Of a DNA stretch of 64,000 nucleotides, positions 40,995-54,454 are shown piece by piece (position 1 is the first letter of the stretch; every line of letters starts with the position of its first letter). The notes under the pieces were generated by a model. That model was not told where the DNA came from. It made no database searches and saw nothing but the letters and a program-made list of their open reading frames with translations. Where the stretch lies: the NCBI GenBank assembly GCA_965153455.1, contig OZ234494.1, positions 9,238,001-9,302,000 of the forward strand. The letters run 5' to 3'. The position numbers and the translations under genes are program-made. Source of the stretch: Sphagnum compactum (lineage: Eukaryota).

Positions 40995-42104
40995 CTTGCC
41001 TGCTTTACTTACTTGTACTTTGGCAAAGTCTGAGAATGGCGCGGGCTGCTAGAGCTTCGCATCCACGTTTTGCCCGTTCGTGGTCTGCTTGCCGCCGCCG
41101 CCGCCGCTACATCCAGTCATACTCTTTTGTCGTAGCGAAACGCCATATCTTTTGCAAGGCTCGAATGTAGCACACACCTTCACATCTCCTCCTCTCCCCG
41201 TTTGCCGGTTGCGACTTCGGCGTCACAAAACAGGAAAAACCCGAAACCTTCCTTCTTCAGATAATACACATACGACGAGGTTTTCCTCCATCACTCGGGA
41301 TGCGATGTTTACGATACAGGATCGACATCCTTCCTTTGTCGCCGATTTGTGAACCTGCAACATCATCGACATCGACAGGTGAATGAGTGACAAGCGAACG
41401 ACACGAGGAGACGGGAAAAACGCTCTCCCGACTCCAGACCTTCTGCTATTTTCCTTAAGCTTTAGGTTCCTTGTCACATAGCTTGGAACTTGGGCTGTGG
41501 ATGCTGAATTTGCTGGAAGTGATTCTGCGTTCTGCCACGAGGCTGTACGTAGAAGGAGAAGGAGCGCGGGTATGAAAGTCAAGAGCCAGAGGAAAAGATG
41601 AAATCCGCAGCAGCGATTGTCACATAAACCAGCAAAGCAGATGACTGCGATTTTCTTTAGCAAAAAATAGGTACGGGCAATAAAAAGGTTCACAACAGCA
41701 CACACATACAACACATGAAGAAAATAGAAGCAAGTGAGTTCACTGCTTGTTTGTTGCTGTTTTGTTGTCAGATATCAGAAAGAGCATAGAGCAACAGCAG
41801 TCACGCCTTTACACCACAGACAAAGCGACGTAACTGCGAGTCGCGAATTCCGCGACAGCAAAGAAACCAAATGAAAATAAAAAACAATAACAACAAGATT
41901 TTCAAGACTGTGAAAAACTATCACCAAAAAAAAATCCAAAAATAGCATTCAACAATTTGCCGACAATAGAGAGAAGAAGAGGATTACAAGAATCACAACA
42001 GGGAGAGGTGAGCAAAAGAAAATTCAGCATACATGCATCAAAACAGCGATTCCTCTCGCTGCATGGCCACTTTCTCCATGTCCATTCCCTCCTCCCGTGA
42101 CTAG

Positions 42105-42138
42105 TACAACAACAACTACTACTACTACTACCACTACT

Positions 42139-42170
<32 letters not shown>

Positions 42171-42171
42171 A
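42105..42171. repeat. Compound trinucleotide microsatellite (AAC)n(TAC)n(GAC)n
   Basis: ACAACAACAACTACTACTACTACTACCACTACTACGACGACGAC... seen directly. Confidence 0.95.
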
Positions 42172-44467
42172 TCAGTCCACAAAAAAGGCACCAAAAAGAC
42201 AAAAGGAGGTCAATGAAAATTTTAAAGAAAAACAAAACAAAACAAGAATCCTCAAGAAAGAAAACTTACAGAATCAACAACAGGAGGGATGATCGGAACA
42301 AGCTCCGTGATGAAGAAGAAGAAGAAGAAGAAGATCCTGGATCGACCCACCCGTCCTCCTCTTCTCCTCTCCTTGTGCATACATTCTGAAGCCCGGTGGT
42401 CTTGGAAGGATTTTAGTGTATATTTTTGGGTATGTGGGCTTTTTTTCTCCTTTCTTTGTGGGTTTTCTTTGTTTTTTAATTTTCATAAAAAAAAATTTAA
42501 TTTTAAAAATGTTGTGTGTGTGTGTGTGTGTGTGTGTACATGGAGGGTTGTTTTTCCGGGGCTTTCAGGGTGAACATGGTTTTCTTTTTTCCCTTTTTCT
42601 TTGGCGAAACTTCGTCAAATTTCGACCTGAAAAATATGATTTCGACCTATGCAATGGATTTTCCATGAAGAAAACAAGCCCCAAATTCACTAGATTTGGA
42701 AGAATTTTTTTCAATTTGTCAGGATTTTTATGATAAGTTTCAAGAGGTGGCCCAGAATTTAGAGGTATTTTGTTTTTGTTTTTTTTAATTTTCATATTTA
42801 GTATGTAGCCAAATTTGGCTAAATCATCTTATGGATGTTCGTCACTTCAGCAACATCACAAAATTGAGGGAAAAAAAAAAAAAAAAAAAAAACCACCAAG
42901 CATGGAGGAGCATGGGGCATATAGCATAGGTATTTATAAACAGGGTTTTTTTTTAAAAAAAATTCTCAAATATGTCCCCTGGCCAGGATCCTCAGCATTA
43001 ACCGCCATACCTGAAATGAGGAGACTTCCCCTTAGCAAAAAACCAATGTTGTGCGTGTAAATGTCAATAGCTGTATATATGGTGTGTAAATCTTGTGTAA
43101 GTGTAAATTGATTTACATGTCCAAACTTTTTACACATGAATAATGTAAATATTTTTCAATTATATTTATACAATATCATGTAATTGTTTTGGGACATGTA
43201 CGTGTATATATTGTATATCTTTAATAACTATACCTAGTTGCAATCCATATTAATTTATTGTGAGTACATCCAAATGTGGGTGCATCCCAAAGCTCAATGT
43301 TTTTTTGGGGGGCAATGTATCACTTTTATTGGCCTTTCACCAAAAAAAGTCTTGATACTTTTAATACTCCCAAAATAAAAGCATTTTCTAACAATGTGAG
43401 ACTAAGTTAGTGTTCCCCTTGAATCACCTATATATAATTCAAGCTCAAACTTTTGGATATGAGACAAATTATGATCCTATCTTAAGGAATATCTTGGATG
43501 CACATTTTTTAATGCATTTTGTCTCATCTCATTGTTGGAGTAAAACTTCTATTCCTAACTTTGTTCATCATCATTTTTGGCTTAAGACTTTACAAGAGCT
43601 TAGTATTTATTATGATTCATATTAAGTAATTTTAAAAGTTTAAATTTAAATTTTTTTTGGCAATGGGTCACTTCGATTGGCTTATTGCCAAAAACATTCT
43701 AACCCAAACCCCTCCCCCCAAAAAAGAAATGGCACAATTTTACACAATTTTACATATGTGCATACAATCATATAAATGTAATTGTCTTATTTTTACACAA
43801 CATAAAATATATTTACACAATTTTACACTTACATTTAGTGTAAATAAGTTTCATTGTGACATTTACACTAGCAAAACATGAACATGTTAGTTGTAAAAGT
43901 AAGGCACTAGGGTGTGGGACATTTCTCGCAATAGGGAGCCTATGATGAGGTGATGTGAGCAAGAGGCACCTTATGCACAAAAGAGGTATCTTACACTTGC
44001 CAAAAGGGTGTGAGAAGCATAAGGTTTTTTTTAGCATGCATTATTAATGTGTATAAAGGTGCCTTCCAAATACACTAGGAATTTTCTCCAAGTGCTTTTA
44101 CAGAAATAATAGTGCAACATCAACAGTTTTATTCCATATTGAAAAGTAGATCTAAGTGCAAACCACTATGGGGACTACAGAGAATATATCCCTTCTTCAT
44201 CTAGAACTCTCTCTTTTTTGGGTTGAAACACAACTTTCAAAAACAGTATTAGTGCGTCAAAATGCAAAAAAATCGTCCTCCCCTAGCCTTAAAGTGGGCC
44301 CTTGTCAAGCCTCAAATGAAAACCTTGCTTTCTATTGGTACTTATTGGCAAACAATGGTTTTCATGTGGGCCTTTCTGCCTCTTTTAGTCCCAATGGACA
44401 GGTCCTCTTGGGTCTATCTCAACTAACAGTTTGTTCAAATCCCATTTTGTAAATATGCATTGCCCAT

Positions 44468-45280
44468 TAAAGTTATCCGTGAAGTCATGCGATTATGGAC
44501 CGAGAATGGCCAGTTTGAATGGCCAGTTTCAGCATAATAGGGCATCAAATTCATAACTGAGATTGAAACAGCCAGTTTCGGCATAATTGGGCATCAAATG
44601 TTTAACTGGGAATGAAATTTTACAAAACGAAATAACTGGAACTGCAATTACTTTTTCCACCAATTTTGGTGGTAAACTGAGTTTCATCCTCTCTTTCATT
44701 TTTCCTGACCACTTCCACTGCTGCTATATATTTTTTCACTGCTCCTACCTGTACAACTACTATAATTACTTCGAACCTTCTGCTAAATGCTAAATTTCAG
44801 CATTTCATACTAAGGCCCCCTTTACACTTAGGAGTCAGGCCCAATGTTCAACCCAAATCCAGCATTCCTATTGGTGCAAAAGTTGAAATCAGTCCCAAGG
44901 GCTTTACAGTAGGAGTCAATGCTGACATTAAAAAAAAAACTTTTCAATTTGCCCCAAGTTACTAATAAAATGCTGAACATTATGGCCTTGTATTGACCCC
45001 AAGCCTGAAAAAAGGATACCATCAAATTTGGGAGGCCAATTTGCAACCCTTGGGGCCAATGTTGCAGCATTTATTAATATCGTGACATCAATGTTCTAGC
45101 ATTTATCAGTAACTTGTCAATTTGCAACCCCAAAAATGCTCAAAGTTGGCTCCAAGTTTTTTTGGCCCTGACTCCTAGTGTAAGCGGGCCTAAGATTTTA
45201 ATACAATTTCCTTACTTTGCGGATACCACTGAAGAGGGAGATAGCGGGTGAAAGAGAGGGTGACTTCATGGATAACTTTA
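44468..45280. mobile_element. MITE family A, copy 2 (interrupted by a nested MITE)
   Basis: Ends TAAAGTTATCCGTGAAGTC / GACTTCATGGATAACTTTA. The interior aligns to 28495-28890 apart from the insert at 44814-45190. Confidence 0.85.
44814..45190. mobile_element. PIF/Harbinger (Tourist-like) MITE, 377 bp
   Basis: TIRs GGCCCCCTTTACACTTAGGAGTCAGG / CCTGACTCCTAGTGTAAGCGGGCC. TAA TSD at 44811-44813 and 45191-45193. Absent from the paralogous host copy. Confidence 0.9.
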
Positions 45281-45739
45281 TTGTGCAAATCATATAACCA
45301 TTACATTATGGAATGTGTCAGGTACAGGTCATTGTGCCCATATTGCTGCCTATTTGAAAATTTTGGCTTGTTGTACAGGGCTCGCCCAAATTCCTCACAA
45401 GCACCTTACACAGGCGGTGCCTTCTCTCAAATGAATCTCAGCCATCCATCTATGAAAGTGAAATTCTACTAGTCCTTTATTTTAGGCGAGGACCTAGAAT
45501 GGGGCTGTCTGAAAATGTGGATCGTGTGTAAGGCTTGAGTGAATTAGCAGCCACCAATGCACCAGTTGCGGATGAGCCCGTTGAGGCCGTTTTCCGGATG
45601 AACGAAAATCCCATCCTCCCTGCCCGGATTTTTTATTTTTTTCCACCTCTTCTCTACCCCAAAATTTTCCCCCGTCCTACCTACCACCTACCTCCCCCCT
45701 CCTACCTACCACCTACCAACCCTTCCCCCCTCACTCCAT

Positions 45740-46046
45740 CGCCAGAGCTCCTGGCTCCAGAGACGTTGAGCGGGAGCGAGCTTGGAGCTTGGAGCCAGCT
45801 TGGAGCGGGAACGAGCTTGGAGCTTGGAACGAGCTTGGAGCTTGGAGCGGCTGGAGCCGGACCCACGCAGGACCCAGGTAAACATTTTTTTAAAATTACA
45901 ATGTTCATTTTTTTTACCCAGGTAAGCGTTTTGCTGCAACGCAAGCTCCGGAGCTTGCTGAAGCGTTGCAGCAAGCTCCAAGCTCCGGAGCTTGCCGCAG
46001 CGCTGCAGCAAGCTCCGGAGCTTCGGAGCTTCTCCGGAGCTTGCTT
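45740..46046. repeat. GC-rich GGAGCT(T)/AAGCTCC low-complexity subterminal array
   Basis: Many GGAGCTT and AGCTCCGGAGCT units, often locally palindromic. The same motif resumes at 47700-47775. Confidence 0.8.
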
Positions 46047-47896
46047 GCTTCTGTATTGACAAAACAAAGAGATGAAATAAACTTCCTTTCCATGAGAGGT
46101 TACATGGTCATGCATGGGCTGTTATTAATAACACAAGTTGCTATAATTCAGATTGACTTGTTTTCTAGCATAAGGTTCAATGTTTTTGGCAGCAGAAAGT
46201 TGATGCTCAGGATGCCTGCTTGGTTCCCCATGTTGCAGAGCTGTTGTATTCTTCCACTTGTCTGCTGCATCAAAAATTTTATTTATTTTTTACTTTGGGC
46301 ATGAAGTGACTAAAGAAGCACTCAATCTCTGGTTGGGAGGGAGTTTGATTAGTTACTTCACCAAAGTTCTTCAAAAGCTTGACTCTATTTTGAGCAATTG
46401 ATGATACAAAAGGTCTCCTTGGATCAGGCCTCTGCTTTGGTACTTTGGCAGGTCTTCCATCAGTACTATCAGCAGCCACAATTTCACTTGAACTATCTTG
46501 TTTTGTCTTGCAGAAGTCTCCTCTTTTTCCTGTTTGCTTGCTTATGTTCTGATGCATTGAAATGTTTTTATTTATCTATGATGCTTGAGTGTCAGCCAAC
46601 ATTGTGACTGAGTCTTCCCATTGCTTCCAGAAATTCATCAGAAACTCAGGGACACAACATCTTGTAAAACTGTTTACCCAAATGTAGTAGATTATTTATA
46701 CTTATCTACACCCACCATGGGGTGCTGAAGAAGTCAGTGGAACTAATGGCAGCTAGTCACAGCCATTCATGACCAAGACATCTTTGTGATTGACATTAAT
46801 AAAGTGAGGATGTGACTCATCCTTGTCATGTTTGTTCTGGTTTTGCAGGAACTGAAACAATGCTTAGCTTACAATGTTTCTCTGAACAGTTCTCTGTAAT
46901 TTCATAGATATGTTGCATCTGAATCTCTCACATAGTCATCTCTCATTTCTTTCAGGTTGACTTGATTTGTAAGTATAATGTCCTCAATTCTTCTGAACAT
47001 ATCTAAATTTCATTCCAAGAGTGTTCTGCATAATTAGTTTGAAACCTTTCTCCTCATCTAAACATCCTTACAAAGCTTTCAGCATTGTCTGTCTCTTCTC
47101 TTCATCTCTTCTTGTTTGTTTTTTTTTTTTTTTGCTGCAGATCATTATATGCTATTTTACACCCAATCTTGAGAGCTATGAACAGATTGGGGGAGAAACT
47201 GCAGCTAGTCCCTGTGATTCATGATAGAGGTGATGGTCTGAAACTTTGTGAGTGACACAACCATATTCATTCTCGATATGTTTGTTTTGGTTCACAACAG
47301 TTACCTTTGTCATTTTTCTTCCTCTTGGTGTTCCCCATTCCTTTATGGTTTCCATTGTGATTTTTGTCTGTTTCATGTCATCATGGTTGAGTCTTACCAT
47401 TACTGCCAGAGTAATGCCATAAACTTAGTATGTTGACTAATGTCTGGCATTGGCCTTCACCTACAGCTGGGAGCTGATGAATTCTGTGGGGATGTTATGA
47501 TAACTGGTTACTACCATATTGTTACTGTTGAAATTCACCAAATGTGTGATATTGCCATCGTGTTCACAATGCTCCTCAGTTTCTTTCTATGTTTTTAGCA
47601 TTTGGGTCTCCCCTTTTTCCTATTTACTGTTGCATCTGAAAACTCTCCAACATTATCATTTGGGTCTTTTGTTTAGGGTTGGAGGTTTAAACCCTAAACC
47701 CTCAAAGCTCAAAGCTGCAACGTTTAAAGCTCCGAGCTCAAAGCTGCAATTTTCTAAAGCTCAAAGTTGCAACGCTTTTTTTTCTTTTTTCTTGTTGCTA
47801 GTGGCGATTTATTTTTTTTGCTTTGTTGTTGCTTGTGCTTTTGTTCATTAGAATTAACAATTGGTAATAACTACTGGTTTAGGGTTGGAGGTTATA

Positions 47897-49480
47897 ATGG
47901 GTAGGAGGAGAGTAAAGAAAAGCGATGCAGCAGATGCGGGAGGTGCCCAGGAAATTGTCACCACATCAGATGCGGGAGGTGCCCAAAAAATTGTCATCAC
48001 ATCAAATGCGGGAGGTGCCCAGGAAATTGTCACCACATCAGATGCGGGAGGTGCCCAGGAAATTGTCACCACATTAGATGCGGGAGGTGCCCAGGAAATT
48101 GTCACCACATCAGATGCGGGAGGTGCCCAGGAAATTGTCACCACATCAGATGCGAGAGGTGCCCAGCAAATTGTCACCACATCAGATGCGGGAGGTGCCC
48201 AGCAAATTGTTGCTAAGGATAATATTGCTGCATTAGATCGGGAAACTGGTGAGCATAATTGTGCTCTATCACAATTGAAACAGAAAGGTAGCATTGGTAT
48301 AGATTACTTTAGAATTCGTGGACATTAGAAGATAGGACATTAGATTAATTACAAATTAATAAAATTGTACAAATTTCTCAAAATTTAATTGCACCTGCAC
48401 CTTCCATTTGTTGGATGGTGCAGGAATTTTTTTGTCAAAATTTTTTTACTCCAATACCTTAGAACAGTTCATGTTTATAGAAGTAATATGTAATTTTGTG
48501 ATTTGATGTTTTGCAATATCTGCATTTTGTTTATTGAACTTTCTGTTTTTGGGTTTAGGTCCGGAACTGGAAACTGAGCAAGCTTCTCAACCATCTGCAG
48601 TTATTTGTCCACCTAATCTGGCTCGAAAGGATAAGGAATGGACAAAGGTCGGGTCCAAATGGAAGTGCAGAGTCGGCAATTGCACTGTGGCATATTGTGC
48701 AAAATGGCTATTGACCAAGCATCTAAAGGAGGCACATGGTTTGGTGGCAGAAAAGTCCAAACCTGGTAGGCCTTCAACTGCTCCAGGAGGTCCTCGACAT
48801 CAGGACCATGCCAAGATGAACGCTCGCATTTTGGGAAATGCGATGGCTATTCAAAGGAGGAATGACCAGAAAGTTGTTAGTCGTGCTCGTGCCCAAGCAG
48901 AGCGCGAGTGGAATCACCTGGTGGCTGTTGCAAAACAGTGTCCACCACTGCCAAAACCTGCTTTGGTCAGATTAGCCCAAGAACAATTGTTGAAGGTTTT
49001 GGGCCTTAATGCTTGGGGCGTGGGCAGTGTGGCGCCAGATGCAATTGTACGAATGGAGAAGGATGAAGACTTACAGGGGACGATCCGATCCACCCGTTGT
49101 GCATATGCACGAGAATTAAAGACGGCATGGGATGTGAAGAACTAGGAGCGAAAGTCCAGTAAAACGTCTCGGAAAAAACAGCTGGGAGATGTTTTGGATT
49201 TTCATGAATCTAGAATGATTCATGGAAGGTAAGAAACAATAATAAGTAATGTTTATTGTTTTTTTATTGTATTTCATCCAAGGTGTGTTTAGGGTTAATT
49301 TTGTGATTTTTGGGTGTTTACAGGGTGCAGGACCAGACAAAGGCCAAGTTTGTTGCAAATGCAATTCAAGTAGAGATGCAACGCCGGCATTTATACACTG
49401 CTCGTCATGCAGCAAAGGCTGCAAATGCAGCAGCTGCATACCGCGCTAAACACGGGATTGTAGATAGTGATATGTGTTAG
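47897..49480 (+). pseudogene. Element-borne three-exon C2H2 zinc-finger protein gene with one in-frame TAG (recently inactivated or truncated)
   Basis: Exons 47897-48248, 48559-49228, 49324-49480 have GT..AG borders and matching phases. The product has an N-terminal 12-aa repeat, then C-x4-C-x12-H-x4-H (CRVGNC..HLKEAH). A single TAG sits at 49143-49145 and the frame stays open beyond it through the third exon. Confidence 0.75.
47931..48209 (+). repeat. Coding 36-bp tandem repeat, ~8 units (SDAGGAQEIVTT)
   Basis: CAGATGCGGGAGGTGCCCAGGAAATTGTCACCACAT repeated at 36-bp period. Confidence 0.97.
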
Positions 49481-49883
49481 GGTTTCACTTTATATAATTA
49501 ATTAAGTTTTGTAACCCTTTCATTTTTTAGACTACCCAATTTTGAACTTCAGTCCTTTGATATGTTATAGAGAACCAACACTTTTTTTTCAATAGGTTCT
49601 TTAGTAATTTTTCATGCACCCATTTTTGTACATCTTTTATCAATATAATAGTACCTTCTACTCACACTTGTTGATGGGTATATGGTTAATCATATATGTC
49701 TTCTTTGTCATAATTTTTTTAGTACTGGAGATGTAAGAATCAAACCAAAGATCAAAATGAACATTATGCAATACTTATATCTAATATAATACGACTCACA
49801 TCACCTGAAGACTTTTAAAACAATCCACACATTTTAAACATATAATACCTACATCAATTTCTATTATGAACTCCATTTTCAAA

Positions 49884-50120
49884 AATGCAATACCCACATA
49901 TAGGTCCAAAATAGCCATATGCATTTTGCATTCGTTGCAATACCCGCATATAGGTCCCAAAAATTGCTGATAGTCTTCATTCCTTGCAATACCCGCATAT
50001 AGGTCCCATAATAGCCACTGGGTTTTTTAAACATTCCTTGCAATACCCGCATATAGTTCCCATATAACCCCTGGTCTTTTTTCCATCTCTTGCAATACTC
50101 ACATGTAGGTCCCATAATAG
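49884..50120. repeat. ~50-bp tandem repeat x5 with TGCAATACCCGCATATAGGTCCCA core
   Basis: The core recurs at ~49886, 49936, 49984, 50039 and 50089. It shares TGCAATACC with the opposite-strand arrays at 52-54.6 kb. Confidence 0.85.
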
Positions 50121-51677
50121 GTGCTGGTTTTTACATTCACTATGAAACTTACATTTTGTAATAAAATTAATTTAGAATAATAATTAATTTTGGGTATATA
50201 AAAAGACATAATTTTGGTACCCAGGCCACTTTTGAAATGACATTACATGCGAGTATTGCATTGAGGGTTTAGGGTCTTCACATATGGTTTCCTTCAATCA
50301 CCTATTATTATTTCAATATGATCTTGCATGTAGGTATTTTATCTAGGCCTTGGTCTTCATTCAAAGGCGCACCCAAACTACATATTGGGTATTTCAAAGC
50401 GACCTTACATGTGGGTATTACATTTAAGGTTGCCCTTTCATTGTAGGTTTTACCTTATTCACTTATAGGTTATTTTCAAATAAACATGAATATGGCTATT
50501 GCATTTAGGGTTAAGGTTTCATATAATTTTGCAATATCCACACACATACTTACTTTCACCATTTGTAAATTTAGCCATAATGTTTAATAATTAAATAAAA
50601 TTTGTGACAAAACACAAAAGAAGGTATGTCTTTTACCATTTGTTAATCTCCAAGCTGATCTCTTTCAATTTCTTTAAAAATATGTATTGCATTTTTTTAC
50701 ATATAAAATTCCCCCTATAATGCACCGTAGATTTATTTTATTTACTATTAATTTGTAAAAAAATTGTTAATTAATTTAGGGTTTCCCAAACTCTAAATTT
50801 GAATCATACTCCAATAGTATATACTTATAACAATTATATGGAAAAATGTGTTTTCTTTTTGATAAATTCTTTTAGTTCAAATTTAAAATGTTATAACACA
50901 ATAAGGATTAGACATTAAACTAAATTAAATGCTTATTAGGCTTACGTCGCCTAGGCTAGTATATTACCTATATGACTAGTAGGTTTACTTAATACATTCA
51001 ATCACCTTCAATACCTACATAGACCATCTAAGATATTAATTTAGAAAGCTTACGTTAATGAATAAATTACATAATAGGCCTATATTAAGTAGGTAGCCTA
51101 TCAGGTAGTTAATTAGGTTACTTAACAAATAGCTATATTTGTAGGGATTAGGGTTTTAGGGTTTACCCAACCCTAAACCCTAAAATATTATATGTATTGA
51201 TTTGGATCAACAGTATAATTCCATAATATCATTATTTATATATTAGGTGTTATAAATAACAATATATTTGGACCAATATTTAAACCAATATTATACATCA
51301 TAAAAAATAAAGTTTACATAAGGACTTGTGTTATATATCTATAAAATATAAAATATGAACATCGTTGAAAAATATTTAAGCTTGAACTTTTTATTTTTTG
51401 ATCTTGACAAACTTCGTATTGAATTTAGGGTTGGGTTTTCACATAAGGTTTGTTTTTTACCTTTGTGTGATAACTCCAACCTAATTTTCCCAATCTCTTT
51501 TAGGAAGATATAGAATGAAATTGTATTGTTTCACATATGTCTAAACCCTAAAACATTTCGGCCAATTTAATATAAAATATTTGTGATAATTAATGAATTA
51601 TCAATAAAATTTGTCATATAATTAAATAATTAATAGACCATTATTTTAGATAATTTAAATGATTAATTATGAAGAAT

Positions 51678-53570
51678 TAGATAATCATTTATTTATTTAA
51701 TATAATTAACTAATCATTTGGCTTAAATTTATTTACTTGAAAATAAAAAGTTGGATTTAATCAGATTAATTAATTTGATATTTGATTAACTAACTTTAGT
51801 ATATTTTTGTTTTAATAAGTTATTGGAATCACTATTTAAGATAATTATTCCATGTTATAGATTGCAAGTTCAACTTTTTCATGAAAATTTCTTACACTAA
51901 AATAAGTTTGATCACAATTGTCATTGTACTATTTGTTCCACAAACAATAGAACCTCTTTTAAAATTCATGAAAAAAAATAAGAATCATGGATTCCTAATC
52001 AACAACCCCAACCTCCATACACACCTTTGTTAGCATATGATTTTGAAATTAACTAATTATTTTAGAATGACCCAAAATGCAGGTATTGCATTTAGGGTAG
52101 GATCTTCATTTAAAGAACACTTAAACCCTACATGCATATTTTTGTGTGACCCAAAGTGCAGGTATTGCATTTAGGGTAGGATCTTCCTATAAAGATGCTT
52201 AAACCGACATGGGTACTTTCGAAATGGCCCAAAATGCAGGTATTGCATTTAGGGTAAGGTTTTTTCAAAATGACTTTGCGTCTGCATATTGTGTTTAGGG
52301 CTAGGTCTTCACTTAAGGGTATCCAAACCATTTAAATGGGTTTTTTTGAAACGTGGGTATTACATTTAGGTTTGTTTTTTCATTTCAACTTGAAATACCC
52401 AAATTTATACTTACCTTTACCAACTAGAATTTTGGGGTTTCGTTGCAATACCTACACCTGTACTTACTTTTACCAACTGGAATTTTGGGGCATAATTTCA
52501 ATATTTGCACTTGTACTTATTTTTACCAAACCCTAACAAAAAAAAGTCTTAGTGATATATGCCCTAAACATTAGATAATCATTTATTTATTTGGAATAAT
52601 CAACTAATCATTTGGCTTAATTTTATTTACTTGGATAATAAAAAGTTGGATCTAAAAATCAGATTGATTAATTTGATATTTGATTAATTAACTTAAGTAT
52701 ATTTTTGTTTTAATAAGTTATTGAAATCACTATTTAAGATAATTATTCCATGTTATAGATTGTAAGTTTAGTTTTTTCATGAAAAATTCCTACACCAAGA
52801 TAAGCTTGATCACAATTGTCACTGTATTATTTGATCCACAAACAATACAACCTCTTTTCAAATTCATGAAAAGAAGTAAGAATCATGGAATTCCTAATCA
52901 ACAACCCTAACCTCTATACACACCTTTGTTAGCATATTAATTTGAAATTAACTAACTATTTTTGTGTGCCCCAAAATGCAGGTATTGCATTTAGGGTAGG
53001 ATCTTCATATAAAGAAGCTTAAACCCTACATGCGTCCTTTCGGAGTGGCCCAAAATGCAGGTATTGCATTTAGGGTAGGATTTTCGTATAAAGATGCTTA
53101 AACCCCACATGCGTATTTTTTGTGTGGCCCAAAATGTAGGTATTGCATTTAGGGTAGGATCTTCATATAAAGAAATTTAAACCCTACATGCGTCCTTTCG
53201 GAGTGGCCCAAATTGTAGGTATTGCATTTAGGGTAGGATCTTCATATAAAGAAAGCTTAAACCCTACATGCGTCCTTTCGGAGTGGCCCAAATTGCAAGT
53301 ATTGCATTTAGGGTTGGGTTATTTCAAAATGATTTTGCATGTGCATATTGTGTTTAGGGCTAGGTTTTCACTTAAAGGTATCCAAACCATTTAGATGGGT
53401 TTTTTTGAAACGTGGGTATTGCATTTAGGCTTGTTTTTTCATTTCGACTTGAAATACCCAAACTTATACTTACCTCTACCAACTGGAATTTTGGGGTTTC
53501 GTTGCAATACCTACACCCGTACTTACTTTTACCAACTGGAATTTTGGGGTATTACTTGCACTTGTATTTA
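51678..53570. repeat. ~0.9-kb direct duplication containing ~80-bp tandem arrays
   Basis: TTAGATAATCATTT..TAATCATTTGGCTTAA starts at ~51678 and ~52571. Copy 1 holds ~3 and copy 2 ~5 units of CCCAAAATGCAGGTATTGCATTTAGGGTAGGATCTT..AAACCCTACATGC. Confidence 0.9.
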
Positions 53571-54454
53571 CTTTTACCTTTTGGGGCCTAATTATAATAC
53601 TTGCATTTAACACTAATATTATCATTATCCTTGTGTTTTTGCATTTCACACTTTTTGTGTTTATTACTTGGAAACAATAATAAGCTTTGTGCCATATTAG
53701 ACTTCATGTGTGTGTTGAATACATGATGTTCAAAGAATTTGGGCTATGGTTTCCTCCATACAAAATTGATTCTAAAACAAAAAATTTAGTGCCAATGGCA
53801 ACAATCTTGATTAGTAATTGAGACATTTATTAAAGTAAAATATCAGTTTTGAAATATATGAACCAAATTCCTATACATTAAATCATAAAGCATAACCTTA
53901 CAAATCCAAATGATATTTTGACATAAGGCTTATTACAACCCTAATTATACAAACCCTAACAAAAAGAAGATTTAGTGATATATGCCCTAAACCCAAAAAA
54001 CTATACAAACTATACAAATCATATAATGCAAAATAAACAAATTTAAAAGAACATAGGAAAAAAATTAGAAACCAAAATTCAAAGGTTTTAAATTATAAAT
54101 ATTTATTAACTGAAAGAAAATATGTTAATCTTTAAAAATAATCAAATAAATTTCGTACAAAACCAAAAAAGAAGATATGTCTTTTACCTTTGTGTGATTT
54201 TTCCAACCTAATTTTTCCACTCTTTTTGAAGAAGGTATAAAATGCAATTGTATTACTTCACATGTGTGTAAACCCTACAAATTTCCCCCCAAATTTAGCT
54301 TACTTTAAATTAATTACTATACATTTATGAAAAACTTATCAATTAATTTATGTGTCTCAACCCTATACCTAATGGTTAAGTTAGTAGGGTATGTAATTAA
54401 TAAAGTAGCTAAGTTAGTAGGGTAGGTGGTTAGTACAGTAGCTTGGTTAGTGGT

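Noticed and set aside
45535-46304. Overlapping 112-174 aa ORFs on both strands
   Set aside because: They arise from stop-poor GGAGCT low-complexity repeats at the element end and show no domain signature.
47854-48294. Minus-strand ORF (WAPPASDVVTIS)n
   Set aside because: Antisense of the 36-bp repeat; the plus strand has the ATG and splice sites linking to the zinc-finger exon.
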